From a virus, in the IMG/VR virus record IMGVR_UViG_3300032116_015770: 64,000 nt of DNA; one strand, 5' to 3'. Position numbers and translations under genes: made by a program. The notes under the pieces were generated by a model. It worked only from the letters and a program-made list of their open reading frames with translations, made no database searches and was not told where the DNA came from. Below, one piece after another: positions 18,934 to 26,591 of the stretch (the stretch's first letter is position 1; each line of letters starts with the position of its first letter).

Positions 18934-19807
18934 TTATTCGCAGGTAGTGATTTCTAACCTCATGGCTGAAATTGGTAATAGGCGTGGGGAAGATATCGGT
19001 TTGGATGTCGGGTTACTTCGACATATGATCATCAATACTATTCGAAGCTTAAAACAAAAATTCGAAGGTAATTATGGTGAATTAGTTATTGCTTGCGACA
19101 ATAAGAACTACTGGCGTAAAAAAGTATTTCCGTATTATAAAGCTAATCGTAAAAAAGCTAGAGAAGAATCTGGCTTAGATTGGCCTATGATCTTTGAAAC
19201 TATTAATCTCATTAAAGAAGAAGTAAAGACATTTTTTCCCTACAAAGTAATAGAAGTAGAGACCGCTGAAGCAGATGACATTATAGCTACATTAGTTAAA
19301 TGGTCAGAAGAGAATGACTTAGGGGAAGGTATGTTTCCTGAACCTAAACCTTTGCTGATTTTATCGGGTGATCACGACTTTATTCAACTACAGAAATTTA
19401 AACACGTTAAACAGTTTTCACCTGTAACTAAGAAGTTTATTTCGTCTGAAATCACCCCTGAAAAATACCTATTTGAGCATATTATTAGGGGTGATAAGGG
19501 TGACGGTATTCCTAACGTTCTTTCTGATGATACTTCTATAGTTGAAAATGAACGTCAGAAGAAGATAATGCAAGTTAAATTAGATCAATGGTTTAGTGAT
19601 TCGAGTACTTTGCCTCAAGATGAGAATTTTAAACGTAATTTTGATCGTAATAAAGCATTAGTAGATCTCACAAGAATACCAGATGATCTACAAAACACTA
19701 TTATAAATACGTTTGTAAATACACCTACTAGAGGTAGAGAGTTACTTCTAGATTATTTTATCAAGAATAAGATGAAACTTATGATTGAACATATTGAGGA
19801 ATTTTAA
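18920..19807 (+). CDS. rnh: T4 RNase H (5'-3' exonuclease, FEN family)
   Basis: IILDYSQ, YWRK...YYKANRKK, EADDIIA, SGDHDF.QL, GDKGDGIPN; TTG start at 18920 after GAGG. Confidence 0.93.
   Translation: MIILDYSQVVISNLMAEIGNRRGEDIGLDVGLLRHMIINTIRSLKQKFEGNYGELVIACDNKNYWRKKVFPYYKANRKKAREESGLDWPMIFETINLIKEEVKTFFPYKVIEVETAEADDIIATLVKWSEENDLGEGMFPEPKPLLILSGDHDFIQLQKFKHVKQFSPVTKKFISSEITPEKYLFEHIIRGDKGDGIPNVLSDDTSIVENERQKKIMQVKLDQWFSDSSTLPQDENFKRNFDRNKALVDLTRIPDDLQNTIINTFVNTPTRGRELLLDYFIKNKMKLMIEHIEEF
19702..19709 (+). promoter_or_regulatory. T4-type late promoter TATAAATA inside the rnh 3' end
   Basis: Perfect consensus about 100 nt before ATG 19807. Confidence 0.55.
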
Positions 19808-20298
19808 TGAACAAACTTGTATCTGAAATGTTAGAGGATATTGATAAAGCAAAGAGCCGTGAAGAAAAGATCGCTCTTCTACGTCAATATAAAAGACCTG
19901 ATCTTATATCTGTCTTACGTATTAACTATGACCCTAACTTAGTTATGGATTTACCAGAAGGTGAACCTCCTTATAAGAAAGAACTGGATGTACCTATGGG
20001 TATGAGCCATACTAGCTTGCTAAAAGAAGTTAGACGGTTTTACATTTGGTTAGATAAAAAGACAAATCTACCTAAAATTAAAAAAGAAAGTCTCTTTATT
20101 AATATGTTAGAAGGCCTTCATTGGACAGAGGCTGAAGCTTTAATTTTAGCTAAAGATAGAAAGCTAACTAAAAAGTATAAAACTATTAAAGAAGATTTAG
20201 TACGCGAAGCATTTCCTTACGCATTACCTCCTACAGAAGAGGTGGAGAAACCCGCACCAAAAAAAGCAAAAGCTTCTCGGGCTTCTTCAACCACATAA
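19807..20298 (+). CDS. Conserved T4-like hypothetical protein (DUF6433-like)
   Basis: LPEGEPPYK...E.LFI.MLEGLH..EAE.L...KD motif. Confidence 0.75.
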   Translation: MNKLVSEMLEDIDKAKSREEKIALLRQYKRPDLISVLRINYDPNLVMDLPEGEPPYKKELDVPMGMSHTSLLKEVRRFYIWLDKKTNLPKIKKESLFINMLEGLHWTEAEALILAKDRKLTKKYKTIKEDLVREAFPYALPPTEEVEKPAPKKAKASRASSTT

Positions 20299-20398
20299 AA
20301 GAATACTTTATGTCACCTTCTTGGTCTGTATCATCTGATATACCTGAGTCTGAGAAGCATTTTAATATTAATGAAGTAAATTTAAGAAGGATGAAGAA

Positions 20399-20638
20399 AT
20401 GAGCCGTTTTTATTTTGTTCATGAAGATACTGATCCCTATTCAAGGGTGGCAGTAGAGACTGACGCAGTTACCTTACCTGATGTATTAAAACAGGTAGAA
20501 AATTTTTTACGGGGTGTAGGCTACTATATTGATGGTAGGCTAGAAGTTGTGGGGTGGGATCCTGTTGAAGGTTTACCAGAGGTAAGTCAAGATTTTCTAG
20601 ATCATTTTGAAAGACAGAATAATGAGAACTCTGTATAA
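20399..20638 (+). CDS. Hypothetical protein
   Basis: L.DVL...E.FLRGVGY motif. Confidence 0.6.
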   Translation: MSRFYFVHEDTDPYSRVAVETDAVTLPDVLKQVENFLRGVGYYIDGRLEVVGWDPVEGLPEVSQDFLDHFERQNNENSV

Positions 20639-20807
20639 TTTAGAATACTGCGTAGTAGATAAGCTCAATCGCGCTAAAAAGAAATATCATGTAGGAGTGT
20701 TTAAATCTGAAAGTGAAGTAGAGCAAGCTAAATCTAGAGTTCTTAGTACTATTGAGGGTGATGATAGTATTACTTTTAATGTATACATCTGTGAGAATAT
20801 TTTCTAA
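20622..20807 (+). CDS. Hypothetical protein
   Basis: Tightly packed ORF. Confidence 0.55.
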   Translation: MRTLYNLEYCVVDKLNRAKKKYHVGVFKSESEVEQAKSRVLSTIEGDDSITFNVYICENIF

Positions 20808-21070
20808 TGGCTGAAATACTTAAATTTCCGTCTAGAAACAATAAGTCAATAGTTAGACTTAAATTGTTTTCAGAAGATGAAATTTTTGTAATCTTAATAG
20901 CTATTAATACATACAGTGCAGACGATTTTAAATATACAGAACATAATATTGAATTTTTAGATCCCGAAATAGCTGTACTTTGTTTAGAAAATTCTTTAAA
21001 ATCATCTTTCTTCTCGGATGAATTTAAAGTTGTAGCTCAAAATATTTTAGATAATGTAGAAAGACAATAG
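20807..21070 (+). CDS. Hypothetical protein
   Basis: TAATG overlap; MAEILKFP start. Confidence 0.6.
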   Translation: MAEILKFPSRNNKSIVRLKLFSEDEIFVILIAINTYSADDFKYTEHNIEFLDPEIAVLCLENSLKSSFFSDEFKVVAQNILDNVERQ

Positions 21071-21606
21071 TGAATATATTTTATCTTAGTAACAATACTA
21101 CGCTATGTGCCATGCAGCATGTTGACAAGCATGTGGTTAAGATGATCTTAGAATATGGTCAGCTTATGTCAACAGCTCATAGAGTATTAGATGGTGAGCC
21201 TTACTATGATAAAACAAAGAATAATAGAAGAATTCAACGTTGGTTGTTACCTGATGAAAGAGAAGATGTAATTTGGAAAGCTTCTCATGTCAAGCATCCT
21301 TCAGGTATTTGGGTGAGAGCATCATCGGCTCACTATTATTGGTTGTATTATCTCTGGTTAGATTTATTAGATGAGTATAAATTTAGATATGGAAAAACTC
21401 ATTCATCTACAAGGATGAAACATATTTTTAGTATGTTACCTAATAACATTCCTAGGATTGGTTGGTTATCGGATCCTACACCTGCCATGCCAGATAAATA
21501 CAAGGTAGACGGTGATAGTATTCAATCTTATAGAAATTACTATCTAGGTGATAAACAAAAATTTGCTTCATGGAAACGAAGAAATGTTCCTGAGTGGTAT
21601 TTATAG
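21070..21606 (+). CDS. Pyrimidine dimer DNA glycosylase/endonuclease V family protein
   Basis: MNIFYL...H.DKHVVKMILEYGQLMSTAH, HP..IW.R, AMPDKYK...YRNYY. Confidence 0.75.
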   Translation: MNIFYLSNNTTLCAMQHVDKHVVKMILEYGQLMSTAHRVLDGEPYYDKTKNNRRIQRWLLPDEREDVIWKASHVKHPSGIWVRASSAHYYWLYYLWLDLLDEYKFRYGKTHSSTRMKHIFSMLPNNIPRIGWLSDPTPAMPDKYKVDGDSIQSYRNYYLGDKQKFASWKRRNVPEWYL

Positions 21607-21617
21607 AAAGGTTTAAT

Positions 21618-22025
21618 ATGGTTATTAAAACAGCCGATATGGATGTAGATCCTGGTAAGTTAGGATATTTTGGAAATGTATTTTTAAGAGAATTTAAACT
21701 AGGTTTAAAAGAATATAATTTAGGTCATACACACGAGTATGATCATGTTACATTATTAGCACAGGGTAAAGTACAAGTTGAAATTCAGGGTCACGAACCT
21801 AAAATTTTTGAAGCACCTACCTACATTGTAATTGATAAAAATCTCAGACATAGATTTCTTTCGCTGGCTGAAAATACTGTTTATTATTGTATCTTTGCTT
21901 TAAGAAATGCAGACGGTGAAGTTATAGAAGACATTTATTCTGCTGATCATGATCCTAGATCTGAAATAGACCCTAAATCTATTAAAAATCGAATTACACC
22001 ACTTCCCCCTCCGACTATGGGTTAA
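21618..22025 (+). CDS. Cupin-fold protein
   Basis: GHTHEYDHVTLL..G.V.V and H.F motif; ATG 21618 after GAAAGG. Confidence 0.7.
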   Translation: MVIKTADMDVDPGKLGYFGNVFLREFKLGLKEYNLGHTHEYDHVTLLAQGKVQVEIQGHEPKIFEAPTYIVIDKNLRHRFLSLAENTVYYCIFALRNADGEVIEDIYSADHDPRSEIDPKSIKNRITPLPPPTMG

Positions 22026-22031
22026 TTCCTA

Positions 22032-22286
22032 ATGCCGAGATATACGTTTCTTAACAAACAAACTAATCAAGTAGAAGAACATTACTTTGGTATTTCTTCT
22101 TATGATGAGTTTATAAAAAATAATCCACAACTAGAACGCTACCATGAATCAGGTCAAGCTGCTGCAATGGGCGATTCAGTGCGTTTAGGTATTCGTAAAC
22201 CTGATAGTGGATTTCAAGAAGTCTTATCTAAGATTAGTGCCGCGAATTATAAAAGTAATCTTTCAGATAAGCTATCTAGACGATGA
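22032..22286 (+). CDS. FmdB-like small protein lacking Cys
   Basis: MPRYTF.N..T..., KPDSGF.EVLSKI; usual position before phoH. Confidence 0.6.
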   Translation: MPRYTFLNKQTNQVEEHYFGISSYDEFIKNNPQLERYHESGQAAAMGDSVRLGIRKPDSGFQEVLSKISAANYKSNLSDKLSRR

Positions 22287-22320
22287 CAGTAAATATCTTC
22301 TTTTCAACCATATCAAGAAA

Positions 22321-22355
22321 GGGGTCTATTTGACGTAGATCCCTTTTCTTTTTTT
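22321..22355 (+). terminator. Rho-independent terminator-like hairpin
   Basis: GGGGTCTA-TTTGACG-TAGATCCC followed by TTTTCTTTTTTT. Confidence 0.7.
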
Positions 22356-22366
22356 ACGAGGGTTCC

Positions 22367-23110
22367 ATGGCAAGAAAGCAAGCTCAGTTAAACGTAGATA
22401 ATCAACCAAAAGTTTCATTAGTATCAAATAAATTGAAACTACGAATTGATGACCTAAGAACAATACAACCTTTAACTAATAATCAAAGAAAGTTTTTTGA
22501 GCTTTATAAAAATTCATCAGCCATTTTATTACATGGAGTCGCAGGAACAGGAAAATCTTATATTGCACTTTACAAAGCCCTAGAAGAAGTTCTAGATCGT
22601 TCAACCCCCTATCAAAAAGTTGTTATTGTAAGATCAGCGGTCCCGTCCAGAGATATTGGACATTTACCTGGAGATGAAAAAGAAAAGACCGAGGTTTATC
22701 AGCAACCGTATGTAGAAATCTGCGAAGATCTATTCTCTAGAAAAGATGCATTTCAACGTCTTCAGGAGCAGCAATCTGCTGCTTTTATGATAACTTCATT
22801 TGTTCGCGGGATTACATTGGATGATTCTATTATTATCGTAGATGAATGCCAGAACATGACTGATATGGAGCTAAATAGTATAATGACTCGTGTAGGTAAT
22901 CGTTCCAAAATCATCCTATGCGGGGACTTCAGACAGACGGATTTATATAAGAAAACTGATATGTCCGGTCTGAAGAAATTTATGGCCATCGCGGATATGA
23001 TGCCATCATTTAATGTTGTAGAATTCGAAGTAGGTGATATTGTTCGTTCGGCTTTAGTTAAAGAGTATATTTTAGCAAGGATGGAATATGAAGAAAAATA
23101 CGGAACGTAA
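22367..23110 (+). CDS. phoH: PhoH-like ATPase
   Basis: GVAGTGKS Walker A, IGHLPG, RGITL, IVDECQN, GDFRQTDL, DIVRS. Confidence 0.95.
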   Translation: MARKQAQLNVDNQPKVSLVSNKLKLRIDDLRTIQPLTNNQRKFFELYKNSSAILLHGVAGTGKSYIALYKALEEVLDRSTPYQKVVIVRSAVPSRDIGHLPGDEKEKTEVYQQPYVEICEDLFSRKDAFQRLQEQQSAAFMITSFVRGITLDDSIIIVDECQNMTDMELNSIMTRVGNRSKIILCGDFRQTDLYKKTDMSGLKKFMAIADMMPSFNVVEFEVGDIVRSALVKEYILARMEYEEKYGT

Positions 23111-23128
23111 TCTATCACTTAAGGAAAA

Positions 23129-23341
23129 ATGGACGAGTCACCAGAGGATTTTAAGAAGAAACTAAATAAACTTAAACCTAAAAAGAAATTGACCGTACCT
23201 AAGGAGTTTTTAGAAGGTGCAAATAGTTACGATGATAAACTTATTTTAGTTAAACATTTGACAGAGAGAGAAAAAAACCGCGTATTATTAATTATTAAAG
23301 GTATGTTGAAAGACTCGGTTGCATCTAAAAATCGTAAATGA
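23129..23341 (+). CDS. Lys-rich hypothetical protein
   Basis: SD AAGGA; 70-aa ORF. Confidence 0.6.
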   Translation: MDESPEDFKKKLNKLKPKKKLTVPKEFLEGANSYDDKLILVKHLTEREKNRVLLIIKGMLKDSVASKNRK

Positions 23342-23589
23342 AGGAGCTCCTAAAAAACCTACCCCAGATACTATCTGCGTTACCGGAGATAGTCAAGTAT
23401 TTAAAATACTTACCTATTATAATGTTACTAGGTGGGGTAGGTTATGGAGCATACACCTTTTTTTCATCTTACCGTGATCCTTATAAATGTGTAGATAATG
23501 AATTATATGAGCAAGTTCGAGTTGATTCAAACGTTTATATTTTTAAAGGGGGGTACTGCGTAGAAAATGCTCCTATACAAGAAAAATAA
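23338..23589 (+). CDS. Small single-TM protein (possible holin/antiholin)
   Basis: TM YLPIIMLLGGVGYGAYTFF, two Cys; directly upstream of the endolysin. Confidence 0.5.
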   Translation: MKELLKNLPQILSALPEIVKYLKYLPIIMLLGGVGYGAYTFFSSYRDPYKCVDNELYEQVRVDSNVYIFKGGYCVENAPIQEK

Positions 23590-23601
23590 GAAGGGGAATA
23601 A

Positions 23602-24237
23602 ATGAGTAACGGATTTGATTTTAATTTCACAGAAGCACAACTGAAAGAATTATTACCTAAATTAAAAAACATTCGCGATTGGTATGAGTCGTTAGTAGAC
23701 GCTCTACCTCAATATGGTATTAATTCTAGAAAAAGAGTAGCTGCATTTATTGCTCAATGTGCGCACGAATCGGCAGAATTTACAAGATTGGAAGAGGGTC
23801 TTAATTATAGTGCTAAAGGTTTAACAGGTACCTGGCCAAAAAGATTTCCTCCAGATGTAGCAAAGCAATATGAGAGACAGCCTCAGAAGATTGCTAACAA
23901 AGCTTATGCTGATCGCATGGGTAATGGACCAGAAGCTTCTGGCGATGGTTGGAAGTACCGTGGTAGAGGAATTTTGCAACTAACTGGTAAAGATAATTAC
24001 CGTGCTTGTTCAAAAGTTTTATTCCAAGATGATACCTTACTTACTGACCCAGATATGTTATTTGATCCATATTATGCTATTCACTCAGCATGTTGGTTCT
24101 GGCATGTAAATAAATTAAATCAGTTTGCGGACTCAGGTGATATTTTAACTATGACTAAAAAAATCAATGGCGGTACACTAGGGTTAGAGGATAGAATTAA
24201 ACATTATAATCACGCAATAGAAGTCTTATCTCATTAA
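23602..24237 (+). CDS. Glycoside hydrolase family 19 endolysin
   Basis: AAFIAQCAHES, E.LNYS, GDGWKYRGRGILQLTGKDNY, TKKINGG..GLEDR. Confidence 0.92.
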   Translation: MSNGFDFNFTEAQLKELLPKLKNIRDWYESLVDALPQYGINSRKRVAAFIAQCAHESAEFTRLEEGLNYSAKGLTGTWPKRFPPDVAKQYERQPQKIANKAYADRMGNGPEASGDGWKYRGRGILQLTGKDNYRACSKVLFQDDTLLTDPDMLFDPYYAIHSACWFWHVNKLNQFADSGDILTMTKKINGGTLGLEDRIKHYNHAIEVLSH

Positions 24238-24240
24238 TTA

Positions 24241-24906
24241 ATGCATTTTAATCATGTAAGTTTTGATCGTGAACAAATCACTCTCAAACAAGTAAACGAA
24301 GACGGTACACGTTATTATGTTACACCGAAGGGTAGCAAATATCCTTCGGTGACTACCGTATTGGCTGAACATTCCAGGCAAGGTATTATGGAATGGCGCA
24401 ATAAGATAGGTCATGCTGAGGCCCAGATTATAACTCAACGAGCATCTTCTAGAGGTACAAAGATGCATAAACTTTGTGAGACGTATCTTAACAATGAAGA
24501 GTTAAGTTACAAAACACCTATTGAAAAAGAGTTATTTCAAAGCCTGTTACCTTATATTCATAACATTAATAACATACATTGTCTTGAATCGAGAATGTAT
24601 TCTGACTATTTACGTCTAGCAGGTACGGTTGATTGTATTGCAGAGTATAATGGTAAGCTTGCTGTAATTGATTTTAAATCATCTAGTAAACTTAAAAAGA
24701 AGGAATATATTAGTAACTACTTTATGCAATGCTCAGCATATGCTATAATGTATGAAGAGTTATATAAAATACCAGTCAACCGTCTGGTAGTAATTATTGG
24801 TGTTGAAGGGGAACCACCTCAGTTATTTGAAGAAAAAAGAGATAACTGGGTGAACGATTTATTACATTATAGGGATTTATATGAAACAAGATACAAAACT
24901 AACTGA
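24241..24906 (+). CDS. PD-(D/E)XK exonuclease (T4-like exonuclease A / Cas4-like fold)
   Basis: YPSVTTVL, RGT.MH, AGTVDCI...IDFKSS, Q..AY. Confidence 0.85.
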   Translation: MHFNHVSFDREQITLKQVNEDGTRYYVTPKGSKYPSVTTVLAEHSRQGIMEWRNKIGHAEAQIITQRASSRGTKMHKLCETYLNNEELSYKTPIEKELFQSLLPYIHNINNIHCLESRMYSDYLRLAGTVDCIAEYNGKLAVIDFKSSSKLKKKEYISNYFMQCSAYAIMYEELYKIPVNRLVVIIGVEGEPPQLFEEKRDNWVNDLLHYRDLYETRYKTN

Positions 24907-25432
24907 TTTAATTTTAACAATTGACAATGTGTTACCTAAACAACATTGTGAAAAAATGATTGAGCAATTTGAGAAGGAAAAAGAGCAATGGGAAGAAAAG
25001 AGAACGGTAGGTTATAAGTTCGATCAACTTAACATTAATAAGACCCCTGGTTGGGAACCTATAGTAGAGTATCTTACGGATGTTTCTATAAAGGCATTCG
25101 ATCAATACTTTAATCATATTAACTACAGAGATCCACCTAAGATTCAAGCATTAGAAGAAATTCGTATTAAGAAGTATGAAAACGAAGAACGTTACTTCGA
25201 CTATCATGTAGATGTAGCTGATTATAATAGCGCAAGACGTTACTTAGTTGGATTTATATACTTAGATGATAATGAAGAGGGTAAAACAGTATTCCCTGAT
25301 TTTGATATTGAAATTAGTCCAGTTGCAGGTAGAATGTTAATTTTTCCACCACTTTGGATGTATCCTCATGCAGGAATGCCACCTAAAGACAAACCAAAAT
25401 ATATAATCGGTACTTACGCACATTACGTTTAA
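24881..25432 (+). CDS. 2OG-Fe(II) oxygenase
   Basis: YHVD (HxD), YLDD...G.T.F, FPP.WMYPH.G....KYI. Confidence 0.88.
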   Translation: MKQDTKLTDLILTIDNVLPKQHCEKMIEQFEKEKEQWEEKRTVGYKFDQLNINKTPGWEPIVEYLTDVSIKAFDQYFNHINYRDPPKIQALEEIRIKKYENEERYFDYHVDVADYNSARRYLVGFIYLDDNEEGKTVFPDFDIEISPVAGRMLIFPPLWMYPHAGMPPKDKPKYIIGTYAHYV

Positions 25433-25445
25433 TTTACCAAAAGTA

Positions 25446-25474
25446 TTGATTTTCTGTTGCCTTGACGTTAAAAT
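25446..25474 (+). promoter_or_regulatory. Sigma70-type early promoter TTGATT-N17-TAAAAT
   Basis: Third copy of the TTGATT -35 with 17-nt spacing, intergenic. Confidence 0.7.
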
Positions 25475-25501
25475 CTTATTGTGGTCGGATGAGAATAGGT
25501 T

Positions 25502-25693
25502 ATGATAATTTGCTCCTGTAGAAATATACGTGAATCAGACTTTCCAGATAAAGATAAATTAATTTTACGTCTGTATGAGGATGACGCGCAATGTAGGGTT
25601 TGTTTAGAGAATATCGATAGGTACAAGAGTAAACCGAATACGTTTATGGGTGCTTGGGCTTACTATAGTTTAAACAAAGAGTTTAGTAAATAA
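25502..25693 (+). CDS. Bfd-like [2Fe-2S] ferredoxin
   Basis: MIICSCRNI...CRVC matches the Bfd CxC...CxxC ligand pattern. Confidence 0.65.
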   Translation: MIICSCRNIRESDFPDKDKLILRLYEDDAQCRVCLENIDRYKSKPNTFMGAWAYYSLNKEFSK

Positions 25694-25696
25694 ATA
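25689..25696 (+). promoter_or_regulatory. Late promoter AATAAATA for the tmRNA precursor
   Basis: Predicted +1 near 25702, at the apparent start of the acceptor piece. Confidence 0.55.
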
Positions 25697-25701
25697 TTTT
25701 T

Positions 25702-26056
25702 AATTGTTGTATGATGCAAACTGAAAAGGGTTCTGGACGCGGGTTCGACTCCCGCCTGGTCCACCAAAAGGAGATTGTATGCCAGTAGATATGTACTACT
25801 ATACTGAGAGTGAATGGAATCGTTTAGGGTGTGGACCTCTTCCACCTGAACGAGATATTCGTAATAAGGTAAAGTCTTCTTTTGAGGGGCCAGACATGGT
25901 TTCGACAGGGTCAAGAGTAGGGGAGTGGACAACACGTCAGGCGATCGACGTTAATGAAGCAAATAAGTAATCGCAAATGACGAGTACTACGCTCTAGCAG
26001 CTTAAATTGCTAGATGGGGTTTCGGTAGCTGTCCTTATTACCCAATCAGCTACCTT
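25702..26056 (+). ncRNA. ssrA: Circularly permuted two-piece tmRNA (acceptor piece ~25702-25766, intervening segment 25767-25886, coding piece 25887-~26056); tag ANDEYYALAA
   Basis: T-arm GCGGG-TTCGACT-CCCGC plus CTGGTCC-ACCA precedes GGGCCAG-ACATGGTTTCGAC; 7-bp acceptor stem with G3.U70; tag frame 25973-26005. Outer ends approximate. Confidence 0.93.
25779..25970 (+). CDS. ORF starting in the tmRNA intervening segment
   Basis: SD AGGAG 25769-25773 and ATG 25779; reads through the 5' end of the coding piece. Confidence 0.4.
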   Translation: MPVDMYYYTESEWNRLGCGPLPPERDIRNKVKSSFEGPDMVSTGSRVGEWTTRQAIDVNEANK

Positions 26057-26076
26057 AATGATTTTCAGTACGGTAG

Positions 26077-26084
26077 TATAAATA
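26077..26084 (+). promoter_or_regulatory. T4-type late promoter TATAAATA upstream of pqqA
   Basis: Perfect consensus, intergenic. Confidence 0.7.
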
Positions 26085-26160
26085 ATATTTTAGTAGATTC
26101 ACTTCATATGTTCAATAGATAATATGGACCGGCAATAGTGCCGCCATAAAGGAGAAAAAT

Positions 26161-26235
26161 ATGAAGTGGACTACACCTGCAGCTCAAGATATGCGTTTTG
26201 GTTTTGAAATTACCATGTATATCGCTAATCGATAA
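26161..26235 (+). CDS. pqqA: Pyrroloquinoline quinone precursor peptide PqqA (24 aa, not in ORF track)
   Basis: MKWTTPAAQDMRFGFEITMYIANR*, with W..P leader and E-x-x-x-Y core; SD AAAGGAG 26148-26154. Confidence 0.95.
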   Translation: MKWTTPAAQDMRFGFEITMYIANR

Positions 26236-26238
26236 ATA
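26231..26238 (+). promoter_or_regulatory. Late promoter GATAAATA overlapping the pqqA stop
   Basis: Upstream of the strongly SD-led ORF at 26297. Confidence 0.55.
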
Positions 26239-26296
26239 AATTGAGTTGGTAGATCTCTAAAACTACCATCACACAAACACACAAAAGGAGATGTAA

Positions 26297-26569
26297 ATGA
26301 GTAATATGTCACCATTCGAGATCCGTCTCGAACTTCTTAAGATGGCCAAGGAAATGCTTACTGAAGATTATTACAGTAAGCGAGATCAAGTTTCCAACGA
26401 CTGGCAAGTTAAAGTAGAAAACGCTCGCCACGCCGGTGCAACACCACCTGATCATCCAGGCTTTCCATCATACCCCACTGAAACAGATATTATTAATAAA
26501 GCGCAAGCTTTGAATGGTTTTGTTTCTCAACTTCCAGATGTAAAAGTTACTAAGAAATCTACCGCTTAG
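26297..26569 (+). CDS. Conserved phage hypothetical protein
   Basis: PFEIRLELLKMAK...YPT..DII.KA..LN.FVS; SD AAGGAG with AC-rich leader. Confidence 0.75.
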   Translation: MSNMSPFEIRLELLKMAKEMLTEDYYSKRDQVSNDWQVKVENARHAGATPPDHPGFPSYPTETDIINKAQALNGFVSQLPDVKVTKKSTA

Positions 26570-26574
26570 TATGG

Positions 26575-26591
26575 GGGGGCTTGCCCCCTTT
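26575..26591 (+). terminator. GC hairpin (GGGGG-CTTG-CCCCC-TTT), weak terminator
   Basis: Just after the stop at 26569; short U tract. Confidence 0.5.

Noticed and set aside
24241-24906. Cas4-like nuclease suggesting a CRISPR system
   Set aside because: No repeat-spacer array or other cas genes seen; this is the standard T4-like exonuclease near phoH
25735-25766. Apparent tRNA 3' half (T-arm and CCA)
   Set aside because: No D or anticodon arm upstream; its acceptor partner lies downstream, so it belongs to the permuted tmRNA
25663-25935. 90-aa minus-strand ORF
   Set aside because: Antisense shadow of the tmRNA (DQAGVEPAS is the reverse-translated T-arm)
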